Source: Armatimonadota bacterium | GTDB lineage: Bacteria > Armatimonadota > UBA5829 > DTLH01 | DNA: 64,000 nt | NCBI GenBank assembly: GCA_039679675.1 | Contig: JBDKUN010000059.1 | Span: 145,681-209,680 of the forward strand | Direction of reading: 5' to 3' | Shown: positions 19,663-31,600 of the stretch, one piece after another | Numbering within the stretch: the stretch's first letter is position 1 | Layout: every line of letters begins with the position of its first letter | Program-made: the position numbers and the translations under genes | Notes under the pieces: generated by a model | Database searches by the model: none | What the model was told of the DNA's origin: nothing | Seen by the model: only the letters and a program-made list of their open reading frames with translations

Positions 19663-20211
19663 TCAGCTACCAAAACTCTGTAGCACCATTTTTATGGCGA
19701 AAGCAATCACTATGACTACTGTTCCCATAATCGTTTTGACTTCTTTGTTCAGCTTGGCCTGCTTGAATGAGAACTTGTGGGTATCTGAAGTGATCCTGGC
19801 AGATAGACTGGGTATTATTCTCGGCACTCTTTTGCAGTACACTTTGAAATCATCCCCAAACTGCTCGATCAGGAACCGTTCTTCCCATATCACAGCTGCG
19901 CCATGGAATGCAAAGAAAAGCGGTATCACGATAGCCCAGACCAGCCATCCGCCGGTCATTGTAGAGTAGCCGCACGTTATGAAAAAGCTGCCGATGTAAA
20001 GCGGATTTCTGACATGGGCGAAAGGGCCTGAAACCGTCAGCACTTCTGATTTAACAAGATGTCCTGCTGACCATACTCTGATTGCCTCGCCAAATACAAC
20101 CAAAACAAACCCTGCAAGTAAAGTCGAAAGCACGGGTTTTCCGAATACGAACATTATTATGGGCGCAACTAACAAGAAGAAAGTCCTGCGTCTGAAAAGA
20201 AAGAAGCTCAG
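19663..20211 (-). CDS. Isoprenylcysteine-carboxyl-methyltransferase-family membrane methyltransferase (LmtA-like candidate)
   Basis: GEAIRVWSAGH, LTVSGPFAHVRNPLYIGS, EERFLIEQFG..F..Y...VPR; start uncertain, CTG overlapping the lpxB TGA proposed. Confidence 0.8.
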   Translation of the reverse strand: MSFFLFRRRTFFLLVAPIIMFVFGKPVLSTLLAGFVLVVFGEAIRVWSAGHLVKSEVLTVSGPFAHVRNPLYIGSFFITCGYSTMTGGWLVWAIVIPLFFAFHGAAVIWEERFLIEQFGDDFKVYCKRVPRIIPSLSARITSDTHKFSFKQAKLNKEVKTIMGTVVIVIAFAIKMVLQSFGS

Positions 20212-21431
20212 GCTCTTGGCTGCAGGCCCGCCGCCGCCAATACCACTTTCGCGGCTCTGCCTGTCCCTCCAGGTGCGCCAAGTACCTCCCGCGCGGACTG
20301 GAGTGCCACCCTCATTCTCTGAAGCTCCACCGGTTCCTTCAGATACTTTACAGCAAGCTCCGCTATCTTCTCGGGTGACGCCTGGTCCCCTAGTAATTCC
20401 GGACATATTTCCCTCCCAGCAACAATGTTGGGCATCCCAATAAATTGCTCAAGTATACTTTTTCGAAAAAGATATTCCAATTTCATAAGTGAGGAACCAC
20501 GGTAAACGATGATCATCGGGGTTGTCAGTATCATCGCCTCAAGAGTCGCGGTCCCCGAACAACTGATTAAAAGGTCTGAATTGGCCATCACATCGTATGT
20601 TCGGCCTCGTGAAACATAAATATTCTCTGTAATTAAATCTGCACCGGCTTCGAAATCATTCAGTATCTGATTTATCTTTCGAGTGGCTTTATCGGACCCG
20701 GCAGCGATTATAAAGCAGCACTTGTAAGGAACTTCATCTTCAATAATCGACGCGGCTTCCAGCATTGCGGGCAGTATGTTGTCGATTTCATGCGTTCTAC
20801 TCCCAGGCAATATCCCAACTATCCGCGCACCTTTGGGTATCTCATATTTTGGATCAAGAACATCGATCAACTGATCTACATCCATCGAAGGCACTACCTG
20901 GTCCAAAAGTGGATGTCCTAAAAAAAGAGCATCCGCACCCACTTTGGTCAGTATTTCAGCAGACCACGGGAACGGTGTAATAATCCTGTCCGATGCTGCC
21001 AGAAGACTGGAATTTTTACCGGGCCGTTTTCGCCATGAACCGGGCGGAAAATAGTAAACTGTAGGAATCCCCTGTTCTCTTACGAACCTGCCGAGTTTTA
21101 CGTTAAAAGCGCCGAAATCTATCGGCACGAATACATCAGGTTGCCGTTTGCAGAACTCTTTCTTTAGTCTTGCCAGTTCGCATAGGAGCCTTGGGACCAT
21201 TTTCAGCGATTCTACTATCCCTATTGCGCCAACACTCGAAAAGTCCGAGACTAGTTCGACACCAGCGGCACGCATCTTTGGTCCGCCTGCTCCCCAGATA
21301 GTAATATCCGGGCAAAGCTTCCGAAGTTCAACGGCTAAAGCACTGCCGCTCGCATCTCCGGAGGCTTCACCGGCTACTATTGCTATCGATGGTGTAGTGA
21401 CCTTAGCCACGGTGCTCTGTTTGCCTGCCAT
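20208..21431 (-). CDS. lpxB: Lipid-A-disaccharide synthase
   Basis: VAGEASGD, IDFGAFN, GHPLLD, LPGSRTHEI, SGTATLE, GMPNI. Confidence 0.95.
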   Translation of the reverse strand: MAGKQSTVAKVTTPSIAIVAGEASGDASGSALAVELRKLCPDITIWGAGGPKMRAAGVELVSDFSSVGAIGIVESLKMVPRLLCELARLKKEFCKRQPDVFVPIDFGAFNVKLGRFVREQGIPTVYYFPPGSWRKRPGKNSSLLAASDRIITPFPWSAEILTKVGADALFLGHPLLDQVVPSMDVDQLIDVLDPKYEIPKGARIVGILPGSRTHEIDNILPAMLEAASIIEDEVPYKCCFIIAAGSDKATRKINQILNDFEAGADLITENIYVSRGRTYDVMANSDLLISCSGTATLEAMILTTPMIIVYRGSSLMKLEYLFRKSILEQFIGMPNIVAGREICPELLGDQASPEKIAELAVKYLKEPVELQRMRVALQSAREVLGAPGGTGRAAKVVLAAAGLQPRA

Positions 21432-22227
21432 TATGGCCGCACTTTATTTGCTTGACGAAGTTAAGGAGATACTGCAACTCTTCGCAGGGCTCCACTTCGG
21501 CCTCAATCCTCTCCACCGCTTGGGTTATATTGAGCGATGATCTGTAAAGCAGCTTGTAGCTCTGCCTTAACGACGCACGCGATCTTGGTGCTACGCCGTT
21601 CCTACGCAGTCCGATCACATTGAGATCGTAGACTTTGATAGGCCTTCCATCCGCCAGCATAAACGGCGGAACATCCTGCACTACTTTTGACATTCCACCG
21701 ACCATGGCAAGTTTCCCTATGCGCACATTCTGATGTACGCCAGCCATACCGCTCAAGATCACCTTATCTTCGACCTGGACATGACCGCTGATTCCTGCCA
21801 TATTCGCCATTGTGATGTTGTTGGCAAGTTTGCAGTTATGAGCAACATGACAGTATGCCATCAGCATATTGTTGTTACCTATAATCGTGCTGGTTCCTTC
21901 TCCGCTTGCGCGGTGGATCGTGCAGAATTCCCTTATGATATTTTCATCGCCGATTGTTAGAAAACTTTTTTCTCCGTGGAACTTATAGTCCTGAGGTGCG
22001 CCACCAAGCACTGCACTTACACCGATATGGCAATTTCGGCCAATCGTCGTATTGCACTCTATCACGGCATGGTGCTCAATCCTGGTCCCATCGCCTATTT
22101 TCACGTCAGGACCGATGACGCAGTATGATCCAATTACGACACCCTCACCGATCTCCGCTGATGGATCGATTATCGCTGTTGGATGTATCCCGGTCGCAAC
22201 TTCCGGATTCATCATTCCATTCCTCAC
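21403..22227 (-). CDS. lpxA: UDP-GlcNAc O-acyltransferase
   Basis: IHPTAIID, hexapeptide repeats, PQDYKF, IREFCTIHR, MAYCHVAHNC, QDVPPF. Confidence 0.96.
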   Translation of the reverse strand: MRNGMMNPEVATGIHPTAIIDPSAEIGEGVVIGSYCVIGPDVKIGDGTRIEHHAVIECNTTIGRNCHIGVSAVLGGAPQDYKFHGEKSFLTIGDENIIREFCTIHRASGEGTSTIIGNNNMLMAYCHVAHNCKLANNITMANMAGISGHVQVEDKVILSGMAGVHQNVRIGKLAMVGGMSKVVQDVPPFMLADGRPIKVYDLNVIGLRRNGVAPRSRASLRQSYKLLYRSSLNITQAVERIEAEVEPCEELQYLLNFVKQIKCGHNGRQTEHRG

Positions 22228-22700
22228 TCATGCACACTGCCGACTGCATTGTCGACCTGTTGTTTATTCTTTTTTCTTTCAACAAGAGCGAAGATAAACT
22301 CACCTTCAGCTACGACTTCATTGTCGACGCTGGAAACTGCTTTAACTCTTCCGATGGTTCCACGAGTCTTGAGTAGTTCTACTTCGGTGATAAGAGTATC
22401 TCCAGGCAAAACCGGCTTTCGGAACCGCATATTATCCACACCACCAAGGTATGCGAGCTTGCCGACATTTCCGGTAAGTGATAAAAGGAGGACTCCCCCA
22501 ACCTGTGCCATAGCCTCTATTACCAGTACACCAGGCATAACAGCATGTCCTGGAAAATGTCCCTGGAAGAACTCCTCGTTAATAGTTACATTTTTTAATC
22601 CGACAATCTTCTTGGTGCCTTCGACTTTCAAAATCTTGTCAACTAAAAGAAACGGATATCTGTGTGGCAGAATACCTCTGATTTCCTCGATCTCGATCAA
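22224..22700 (-). CDS. fabZ: 3-hydroxyacyl-ACP dehydratase
   Basis: LPHRYPFLLVD, FFQGHFP, MPGVLVIEAMAQ; TTG start at 22700 behind GGGGG. Confidence 0.96.
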   Translation of the reverse strand: MIEIEEIRGILPHRYPFLLVDKILKVEGTKKIVGLKNVTINEEFFQGHFPGHAVMPGVLVIEAMAQVGGVLLLSLTGNVGKLAYLGGVDNMRFRKPVLPGDTLITEVELLKTRGTIGRVKAVSSVDNEVVAEGEFIFALVERKKNKQQVDNAVGSVHE

Positions 22701-22725
22701 CGCTCTCGCCCCCTGTTTACTATCT

Positions 22726-23580
22726 TTACGCCGCTTGTTTGCTCTCTCCACCGGCAAAGTGCCTCATCAGCTCTTGCGCAAACACGACATTTAAAGCATG
22801 TCCGGATTTCACTGCTAGAATTTCGGCATTCATCCGCCCGCCAATCAGTGCCAGATCACCGATTATGTCCAATATCTTATGCCTGGACAACTCATCTTTA
22901 AATCGCAAATCCGATGAATATCTGTCCTGCCATATCACTATTGCATTATCTATACTGCCGCCGCGGGCAAGATGCTGTGACAGAAGAGCTGCTATCTCTT
23001 CATACATCACAAATGTCCGCGCAGGAGCTATTTCTTTCGTAAATCCTTCCTCGCTGAGCTCGAATGTTGAAGTTTGCAGCCCTATCATAGGATGATCGTA
23101 TTTGAGCACATAAGTAATCTTCATACGGTCCGACGGTACTGCCAGAATGAAGCTGTCATTTCGGCTCGCATAGACGGGCTCAGTCAATTTGAAGATATTT
23201 CGCGGTTTATGAAGAGTAACGGTACCAGCAGAGAGGATAGCCTCGACATACGGCATAGAGCTGCCGTCCAGAGCAGGCATCTCGGGGCCAAGGACTTCGA
23301 CAAGGCTGTTGTCTACGCCCAGGCCGTTAAGTGCGGCCATAAGGTGCTCTATTGTCCGATATTTCGTCCCATTATACCCAAGAGTCGTGCCTCTAGCCGT
23401 CTCAACAACATTCGTTGCAAGTCCTGCGACCTGTTCTCCGTTCCCGATAAATACAATACCTGTGTCTTCTTCAGCCGGATGCAGAATTACCTCGCACCTG
23501 TCTCCGCTGTGGAGGCCGGTACCGCGTATATTCACCTTCTTGCTAAGTGTCCGCTGTAGATTACTTTGCTTACGACTCAA
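22726..23580 (-). CDS. lpxC: UDP-3-O-acyl-GlcNAc deacetylase
   Basis: [41 protein letters not shown]. Confidence 0.96.
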   Translation of the reverse strand: MSRKQSNLQRTLSKKVNIRGTGLHSGDRCEVILHPAEEDTGIVFIGNGEQVAGLATNVVETARGTTLGYNGTKYRTIEHLMAALNGLGVDNSLVEVLGPEMPALDGSSMPYVEAILSAGTVTLHKPRNIFKLTEPVYASRNDSFILAVPSDRMKITYVLKYDHPMIGLQTSTFELSEEGFTKEIAPARTFVMYEEIAALLSQHLARGGSIDNAIVIWQDRYSSDLRFKDELSRHKILDIIGDLALIGGRMNAEILAVKSGHALNVVFAQELMRHFAGGESKQAA

Positions 23581-24629
23581 ATATCTTCACCGCCCAACTG
23601 AGCTAACCGTCGAGTCAACTGCTCGACTTCTTTCTTCAGCATTTCAACAGTCTTTTGTAATTCCGGCAGCCTTAACTGCGCTGCCTGCGCCCTTAATGCA
23701 TCTTTATGGGGCCTGGCCGGATATCCCGAATACATACCACCCGGCTGCAGATCACCGAAAACACCGGCTTGACCAGCAACTGCAGCACCATCGCCTATCT
23801 TAACGTGGTTCTTTACTCCAGCTTGCCCAGCAAGCGTTGCTCCGTTTCCTATCTCAACGCTACCTGCTATTCCGACCTGCGCAACAATAACGGAGGACTT
23901 ACCGATCTTTACGTTATGCGCGATCTGCACAAGGTTGTCGATCTTGGTTCCCCGTCCGATTCTTGTCGATCCTGTTTTTGCGCGGTCTATGGTAGTGCAT
24001 GAGCCTATTTCTACGTCATCTTCGATAACGACGTTACCGATCTGCGGGACCTTGCTCAATCCACCGTCTACGGGAATATAACCGAACCCGTCACTACCTA
24101 TCACAGTACCTGCATGCACGATAACATTCGACCCCAGCACACAGCCAGGGTATATCGTAACATTCGGGTGTATTATGCAGCCGGCTCCGATACTAACACC
24201 ATCTCCCAGGAATACAAGCGGCTGGATGACCGTACCATCGCCTATAGATACATCATCACCGATGAAAGACCCGTACCCGACAGATACGCCTTCGCCTACA
24301 GTGGCCCGATCCCCTACCCTGCAGCTTGGATCAATCCCGGCTTTTGGTGCAGTGCTGACCGGTTCGAATGCTTTGAGAATCTCGACAAAAGCTTTTCGAG
24401 GATTATTTACATGGATAACAGATTTCCCCTCACAGGTCCCGCTTTCAGCCAGAATAGCCGAAGCGCTGCACCTGATCGCAGAATCAAAGTATCTTCCGTT
24501 CTCCGCGAGAACGATATCACCCTGTACCGCATCTGTTATACTCGCAGCACCTGTAATCGGTATATCATCCGGTCCTTCGACCGATCCGCCGACTATCTCT
24601 GCAAGCTCATGAACTCTAATGCCTGTCAT
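23577..24629 (-). CDS. lpxD: UDP-3-O-acyl-glucosamine N-acyltransferase
   Basis: [28 protein letters not shown], hexapeptide repeats. Confidence 0.96.
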   Translation of the reverse strand: MTGIRVHELAEIVGGSVEGPDDIPITGAASITDAVQGDIVLAENGRYFDSAIRCSASAILAESGTCEGKSVIHVNNPRKAFVEILKAFEPVSTAPKAGIDPSCRVGDRATVGEGVSVGYGSFIGDDVSIGDGTVIQPLVFLGDGVSIGAGCIIHPNVTIYPGCVLGSNVIVHAGTVIGSDGFGYIPVDGGLSKVPQIGNVVIEDDVEIGSCTTIDRAKTGSTRIGRGTKIDNLVQIAHNVKIGKSSVIVAQVGIAGSVEIGNGATLAGQAGVKNHVKIGDGAAVAGQAGVFGDLQPGGMYSGYPARPHKDALRAQAAQLRLPELQKTVEMLKKEVEQLTRRLAQLGGEDI

Positions 24630-25746
24630 CCTTTTTCACCCGGCTCGGAAGATACGGGAGTCTCTCCCGAAACCAGTCGGTCCTATCCTCTACCTCTCCA
24701 GTATTTTTGAACACCACATTCATGCCGTTCTGCCGTGCAATTCTCCGCACAACGGTTTCAAGCTCAGAATGGATTCTACAGCGAAGCGATTTCTCCAGAG
24801 CGCTCGCTTCATCACCGCCCTTAATAGCGGAATATTTCAATACAAGCTCCGCCGGAGCACAGCTCACTACTGCATTTTCTCTGCCATATTCAGTAGAGCA
24901 CGAACCAATCAACTGCATTCTAGCATCGTTGAAGTTGTTTTTCACCAACTCATATCTGAACCGTTCGCGCTTTTTCCTAATTAAATCGTTTATCCTCCGC
25001 GTTTCGTCATCGCGGATAGATTCCAGTTCATTTTCAGCTGATTTCCGGCGTTCTTCTCCTACTTTTAATGACTTCGCAGCCATCCTAGAAACAAGATCAT
25101 TCTCATTCTGAGTCAGCTTTGCCTTTATACTGTCAAACTCACTCTCTCTTGAAGCAATAGACTGTTTTACTGCATCAGAAGAAAGGCCCTCTACTGAAAG
25201 CTGCGCTTTCAATGCGTACAACTTTATTGCTGTATCTACACGCTCATATTGCTGTTCTTCATTCAGGGCGCGCAGGTCAACCGCAAGCTTCTGCTCGGAT
25301 TTTCGTCTTTCTTCAGCCTCGGCGGCACTTGCCTGAGCTTCAAGATCCTGCCGCCGCTCGTTCAGCCTCTTTTCAAGAGCATTTTCTAGCTGTAAACGTA
25401 TTAACTGCATCTCCTGCTGAGACCTTTTTTCAAGCCTCGACTGCAGAGATGCCCTCGACTCCGATAACACAGCCGGTTCCCGGAACTCGAAATCCATGCC
25501 GCGAGATAGAGATGCGTTGCCGTTTTTGAACCGGACACTCCGCTCATTACGCAACATCATCTCTCGGACCAGAACTAACTGTTTCCACGCAGGATGGCTT
25601 GATACTAACTCATCCAGGTTGCAATAAACCTGTTTTTTTGCGACTTCAGGCGCTCTCTGACTTTCAATATACCAGCCGAAGCCAGCAATAGTCAGAGCGA
25701 TTATGCAAACAACACCCAGTGATCCATACAGAACTCGTAGATTCAC
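24616..25746 (-). CDS. Extended OmpH/Skp-like coiled-coil protein
   Basis: N-terminal [15 protein letters not shown], long coiled coil, C-terminal [17 protein letters not shown] as in Skp; lies next to skp. Confidence 0.55.
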   Translation of the reverse strand: MNLRVLYGSLGVVCIIALTIAGFGWYIESQRAPEVAKKQVYCNLDELVSSHPAWKQLVLVREMMLRNERSVRFKNGNASLSRGMDFEFREPAVLSESRASLQSRLEKRSQQEMQLIRLQLENALEKRLNERRQDLEAQASAAEAEERRKSEQKLAVDLRALNEEQQYERVDTAIKLYALKAQLSVEGLSSDAVKQSIASRESEFDSIKAKLTQNENDLVSRMAAKSLKVGEERRKSAENELESIRDDETRRINDLIRKKRERFRYELVKNNFNDARMQLIGSCSTEYGRENAVVSCAPAELVLKYSAIKGGDEASALEKSLRCRIHSELETVVRRIARQNGMNVVFKNTGEVEDRTDWFRERLPYLPSRVKKDDRH

Positions 25747-25762
25747 GGGTAACCTGTCCAGT

Positions 25763-26404
25763 CTAGTTCTTTTTGCCGTTTAGCTTGTCAATCACCGGCT
25801 GTGTCAGATCGACACCACCATAGTAAACAGCTACTTTATCTATGACAACGTCTATTTTCTTCTGCTTCGCGACTTCCTCAATGACTTTCATAATATCGTT
25901 GCGGAGATCAGTGAACACGCTGTCTCTCTTTGCTGTGAAATCTGTTTCTGCCGACTGGCTCATTTTTTTGCAATTATCTTCAGATTTGGACGCCATATCC
26001 ATCAGTTCCTTCTGCCGGGCTTTTTCCTGGTCAGTAGGTTCTGTTTTAGCCTGGAGAGATTTAAGTTCGGCATCAAGGGTCTTCTCTTTATCCTGAAGTT
26101 CCTTTATCCGTGCTTTTTCGCTCTCAGTCGGGTTTTGCTTGATGACGAGCGCTAAAAGCTCCTTTGAATCGTTATCATCCAGCATCTTGTTCGCATCAAG
26201 GGTCTTCAACTGCAGATCAAGCTGCTTGGCAAATGCTTCGAGATCTGCTTTTGCCTTTTCAGTCTTCGTATACTTCTCGAAAACCGTTGCAGCATCCACA
26301 TATCCCAGGGATGCAGAAGTATCTGCTGCCTTTGCAGGCGTAAAAGACAACGCTACCATTGCTAATACAGCGGCGATTACCAGTTCGAATGATCGTTTTA
26401 CCAT
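25763..26404 (-). CDS. skp: Periplasmic chaperone OmpH/Skp
   Basis: Signal peptide, LGYVD, coiled coil, IEEVAKQKKIDVVID..VYYGGVDLT. Confidence 0.88.
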   Translation of the reverse strand: MVKRSFELVIAAVLAMVALSFTPAKAADTSASLGYVDAATVFEKYTKTEKAKADLEAFAKQLDLQLKTLDANKMLDDNDSKELLALVIKQNPTESEKARIKELQDKEKTLDAELKSLQAKTEPTDQEKARQKELMDMASKSEDNCKKMSQSAETDFTAKRDSVFTDLRNDIMKVIEEVAKQKKIDVVIDKVAVYYGGVDLTQPVIDKLNGKKN

Positions 26405-26487
26405 TTCTGGTTGATTCCCCTTTTAAATAATCAATGACGGAGGACGACCGATGCCTTTCGCGCTCGATTACCGCCTCCGCCGTCTGC

Positions 26488-26517
26488 ATTATAACAGAAA
26501 CGGCAGGGCTGGGACAA
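26488..26517 (-). promoter_or_regulatory. Sigma70 promoter for the skp-lpx operon
   Basis: TTGTCC-18nt-TATAAT with extended -10 TG. Confidence 0.6.
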
Positions 26518-26616
26518 GCGCAGTTGGGTCGACCGCGTCTCCGTCTATAGATAGACGAGTCATCAAGACAAGCATTGCCGGGATGGAATCAGGTTTGAGG
26601 ATTTGTGATACAGAAT

Positions 26617-26650
26617 TTGAAAAGGCCCTGAATTTGTAGATCAGGGCCTT
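26617..26650 (-). terminator. Intrinsic terminator after bamA
   Basis: AAGGCCCTGA-loop-TCAGGGCCTT followed by TT on the minus strand. Confidence 0.65.
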
Positions 26651-26685
26651 GTGAATATCTCAGTCAATGTTAAGTAAGTATAAGA

Positions 26686-28572
26686 TTAGAACGCCTGGCC
26701 TATACTGAAATGGGTCCTGGCTCCGTCGCTTCCTATTCCGTAATCGAAACGAAGGTTTCCTATAGGTGTATTTACTCGAAGACCTATGCCTGTTCCGATA
26801 CTCGGGCTGAACCCTGAGTGCTGGTCAAGATCATCGGATATACTGTATGTTCTTGGAGCACCCCAGGCATCCCCATAATCCAAGAACAAAACGCCGGTCA
26901 ACCCCTGGGATACCGGATGGCGGTATTCAATGCTCAAAACAGCCATCTTATCACCCCAGAATCTGTCTTCCCTGTAACCCCTAAGGCTTTCAGCACCTCC
27001 GACAAAGAATTGCTCGAAGAACGGAAGGTCTCCGTTCGATACGCCGGCAAGCAGCCTCGCTGCGAGGGTAACTCGTTTGTCAGTCGGGGCTTCTTTACGG
27101 CCGCCCTTGCTCCAGTAATGTCTGATATCGATCTGCAGTTTCTGGAACGGCCCTTTGATATTCGCTTCATTTACAACCAAGCCGTTTTCGTTTGCAGGCG
27201 GAACATTCAGATCCTTCGCAGTATACTGCTCAACCACATCCGCATTACCGGCTTCAAACGACACGGACCTATACCAACCTACTGCCGGGTCACTATCAAA
27301 ATCCCTTGTATTATTAACAATTCTGCTCGTTGCACTGTGCACGGGGCCACTCTGTGCGACAAACCTGTTCACATCACTCGGCTGCAAACTGCTTATATTA
27401 AGGGTTGTAGTGTCTACAGTTTCCGTCCTTAGTGTAATATAACCTCTTGTATAATCACTGATAGGCCTGCTCAAACCAAGGGTGCCACCCTTACGCCGTT
27501 CATCATATGTCTGGCCGTCTACATCGCCGTCATTTCCGAAAAGCGCGGATGAAAACCTGTAAAGCAGCTTGTCGAACACGTTCACTGAAAGCGAAGTATG
27601 ATATTTGTCGATCCACGGTTCGTGGAACCCGACCTCGTAACTGTTCGAGCCGCCAATCCCGTCACTTGTGCCGGTCTCCCACAGAAGTGTCAGGCCCTGT
27701 CCAAGCCCACGGAAGTTGGTTTCCGTCATTTCAGCCCGTCCTACTAACCTGCTTCGTGAGTTGTAACCTACACCAACCGATACATTTCCGGTCTTCTTTT
27801 CAGTCACCGGTATCGCAACACCGATTTTGCCTATTGAAGAACCTGGTTCTATCTTTGGGGCCTGCACATCCTCTAAAATGTCCAGATTCCAGATTCGAGC
27901 GATGTCGTCTCGAAGAGTCTTCATATTAAAGTAATCACCCGGCTTCTCTTTCATTTCGCGGGTGAACACTTCTATCCTGGTTTTCTTGTTTCCGACTATA
28001 TCTATCTTCTCGACCGTGCTCACAAGTATTGCGATTGTCAATGTCCCGGTCTTCGGATCTATACCACTATCTTCCGTAACGTGCGCAACATATCCCAGGT
28101 CGCGATAGTAGTCCTGAATAGCTGATATATCTATATCGACAGTGTTTGTGTTCAACACCTGGTTCGGCTTCGTCCTCATGATGTTGAGGATTGTATCTTT
28201 CCCAACCGGTTCCGAACCGACTATGTTTATCTCTTTGACCAATGGGTTTTCCACAACATCAAAGATCACCCTTACTCCCTCAGGAGTGTCCTCTGTCCGT
28301 ACAGGGACCGCGCTGAAGTAACCAAGCGCGCTTATAGCCTCACGATCCTTCTCTACAGCCTCCTTTGTGTATGTCGCGCCCGGAGCCAGTTTGATAACGT
28401 TTTCAACCGTTTCCTTGTTGATATTCCGGTTACCTGTGATGACTATCTGAGTCACCTTAGCCCCTTCCTGCGCAAAGGCGGAAAGGCTCAGAGAGAAGAT
28501 CAGTGCCGTGGTCACTGCCAGAACCAGTACCAGGGCCGATTTCCGTCCGATTTGAGATTTACTGCATAACAT
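26686..28572 (-). CDS. bamA: Outer-membrane protein assembly factor (Omp85, about 3 POTRA domains)
   Basis: POTRA repeats, NFRGLGQ, FFVGGAESLRGY, TPIGNLRFDYG, C-terminal FSIGQAF. Confidence 0.93.
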   Translation of the reverse strand: MLCSKSQIGRKSALVLVLAVTTALIFSLSLSAFAQEGAKVTQIVITGNRNINKETVENVIKLAPGATYTKEAVEKDREAISALGYFSAVPVRTEDTPEGVRVIFDVVENPLVKEINIVGSEPVGKDTILNIMRTKPNQVLNTNTVDIDISAIQDYYRDLGYVAHVTEDSGIDPKTGTLTIAILVSTVEKIDIVGNKKTRIEVFTREMKEKPGDYFNMKTLRDDIARIWNLDILEDVQAPKIEPGSSIGKIGVAIPVTEKKTGNVSVGVGYNSRSRLVGRAEMTETNFRGLGQGLTLLWETGTSDGIGGSNSYEVGFHEPWIDKYHTSLSVNVFDKLLYRFSSALFGNDGDVDGQTYDERRKGGTLGLSRPISDYTRGYITLRTETVDTTTLNISSLQPSDVNRFVAQSGPVHSATSRIVNNTRDFDSDPAVGWYRSVSFEAGNADVVEQYTAKDLNVPPANENGLVVNEANIKGPFQKLQIDIRHYWSKGGRKEAPTDKRVTLAARLLAGVSNGDLPFFEQFFVGGAESLRGYREDRFWGDKMAVLSIEYRHPVSQGLTGVLFLDYGDAWGAPRTYSISDDLDQHSGFSPSIGTGIGLRVNTPIGNLRFDYGIGSDGARTHFSIGQAF

Positions 28573-28691
28573 TGGTCAACGCACCTCCAGCGTATTATCC
28601 ATCATATCCTGAACCATAACAAAAAGAAACCTATTTTTGCAGACGTTCGCATCGAATAGATATAGCCAACTGATCAGCCATAAGTTCACAA

Positions 28692-31600
28692 TCAGAATCT
28701 CCGGTTGTACGACATTTCCAGCACACCCAGGCGGCGGGAGTCAGTTACGTATGAAAATTCCAGCCAGTCACGAATCCTGTAACTCAGAGTCAACGAATAC
28801 GTCGCTCCGGTTATCGTCTGAGCGCCGGTCACAATCCTCCAGTATGAAAGATAGAAATTATCGAACAATTCCCTCGATAAAAATACGGCAAGTGGCTGCT
28901 CAAAACCGTATTCAATAGAAAAATCTTCAAGACCAAGAGCTTCTATGAACGTTGTTTCCAACGGGTCGAACAGGCGGGGAGATACCGCCACGCTGAACAA
29001 CTCTCTAAGCTGGTCTCTTAACTCGGTCTCTCCCGTTCCGAAAATGTCTTCAAAGTGGCCCAGCGCTGCCAATATCTGCGTTCTGGTCAATCCTGCCGGA
29101 TCACTCTTGAGTGAGATATTTTCAGGCTCAAGCTTGTCCAGTGGGCCTGAAACATCAAGGGTAATCTTATATCGCTGCTGTGTTCCCAGCCCTGAGGTCG
29201 CTGTAATGGTTGTCTGAGCATGCAGATCAACAGTCACGCCTGCTGTCTGTCTGCCAGGAGTCCAATTGACATTGATATTTCCGCGTGTAATCCTCATTCT
29301 CGTTGTCGGGAATCGCAGAGTCCCGCTATCAATACGTATTCCTGCTGTTATGAGCGGCTTCTCCAAAGAACCCGCGACCTGCCCGCTTCCGCGTAAAAGC
29401 GCGATAATACTTGGGTTTCTGAACCAGACATTATCTCCTATGTTAAACCCGATATTAAACTTCGGATTTATAACATACCTGGCAATCCCTGTTGGGCTGA
29501 CTGCTGGAACGCGGGATAGGATAACCGATGCATCGCTTAATGCAACCTGTCCTGAAATCAGAGGCTCCGTAACGGATCCTGAAACAGCAAGCCCGTTTAC
29601 CGTTGAGAATGTGCTTGTCACGCGCTCCTGATAACCCAGCAGGTTCTGCTCAACAAGTTTCAGATTGTTGAGGTTCAGAACCAGGTTTATAGCTCCTCGC
29701 TGACTGCCGGAAGCGGGCTTGAATAAATTATGCAGCGATATTGTACCGCCTGGAACCGCATCGAATGTCCCGCCGCCGCTCGATCCGCCAGACAGTGTCT
29801 CCACTCGGACCAAATCCTGATCGAATACAAGATTTGCCTGTATATTTGTAAACTCCGTCTGAAAATTCCTGACGTTGATGTTGCCGTCCTTAATAACCAT
29901 CTGCCCGCCAAGATTTGGATTACTTATTGAACCAGTGAGGTCCAGCGTCGCAGAAATAAGCCCAGGGTTCTTTGTGTCAGCAGTGACAGCATCCGATAAC
30001 AGGGTAAGCACTTCTAGCGTCTGCTCTTCCAGTGCCGCGTGGAACGCAATCGGCTGGTCTGTAGGTATGGTGAATGTCTGCCAGTTCCAGGGAAGTGTTC
30101 CGAAGAATGCCGCGGATTGCGAGTCCCTCGTCACAAGTGCCCGGCTGATTTCAATAGTATTGCGCCCGATAGTTATCTGGCTGGCACGAAGCCTGTCAAA
30201 TGAAATACCGGAGATTACCGGGTTTACGACTTCAGCTGATGCCGTAACGAGCGGTGCATCAATAGGCCCTTTCACTGTTGCACGGACAGTAGCTGTGCCG
30301 CTGATGTGCGTCGGCCCGGCAGCGGGAGTAAGTGCATCCAAGTCCACGTTGTAAGCATCTATTTCAAGATCAGTCTGTCCGTTGGCGATCAAAGTACCTT
30401 GTGCTGATACGCTCAGAGCCTCAGCTGTAGCTTCGAACGACTCCAGTATGAGCTCGCCCCGGCGCGAAACCGCAGAAAGATCGATTCGAGCGTTTTTAAT
30501 CTCCGAAATGTCAACATCCTGAGCTGTAAGGCTGAACTTGGCTTCCGGCTCATCTATCGGCCCTGATGCGGAAAATGATGCTGAAAGAATTCCTGTATCT
30601 GGACGCCTTAACTTCGCGAGAAGCGATCTCAATCCCTCGCCTCCGGGCTGACCGATATATGGACTCTCCGACACAGCCGTGTAGATAACGGGATATGAGA
30701 AGTTTTTCAATACGCCGCCATCTATCTGCACTGTTCTTTTTTCAGTATCCAATGACGCGCGCTCTACAGAAAGGACACCGCTCGCCGACTGAAGGTTAAC
30801 ATCCGCGATAACAAGTGATTTTCCACTCCATTTGACCTCAGATGCGAACCTGTCGAATTTCACTGTGTTGATTACAGGATTATTTGAGACAACAGTTGCC
30901 TCCACCCTTGGATTACCTACCGTACCGGCTATACGGCCTTTTGCGTCCACTGTCCCAGAGAGAAGCGCATACGGTTTTGTGTACTGGCTCAATTGAACAA
31001 GGGCGATGTTGTTTGCAATAAAGTTGAAGGAGATATTGCCTTTAGCGTCTATCACTCCATCAGCGCTGAATACCGCGTTATCGCTTTGAGCCAGAAGACC
31101 GGTTAACCGAAGCTGCTTGTCGGAATAAGAAAATCCTGCGCGAGCCTGTGTGACCGGATACCCGGCGAATGAACCATCCGACAGTCTCAATGTCCCCGCT
31201 GCTGTTATGTTCGGAGCAGTGCCTCGTATTACTACGCTCCCTGTAACACTGCCGGTAATATCTGCTTTAACCTGCAGTAGTGAGAGTATTCGCTCAGCCG
31301 GAGCTTCTGAGACATCGATATTGAAATTAATGGTCGGTGAGGGTGTGCCTATTCCGCCTATTTTACCGTGGAGCGCTACTTCAGCAGGTAAAACACGGAT
31401 AACCGCATCTTCCAGGGTAATACCGGACGATGTTGCTACGAGTCGGCCTCTTGCATAATCAAACGCAAAACGCTGGAAGCGGCCGTTGAACACTTCCGCT
31501 CTTCCCGTTACTACCGGATTACTGAAAGGCCCTTTAACACTGCCGTTAAAATCAACTATTCCTTTATAACCCGTCAGACCGAAAGGTTTCTGCAAGATAC

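Noticed and set aside
20212..20406. N-terminal extension of the methyltransferase ORF given in the track
   Set aside because: Overlaps lpxB by ~200 nt and is Gly-rich and low-complexity; the family-like sequence starts at the lpxB stop
26451..26639. 62-aa plus-strand ORF between skp and bamA
   Set aside because: Overlaps the minus-strand promoter, UTR and terminator; no protein features
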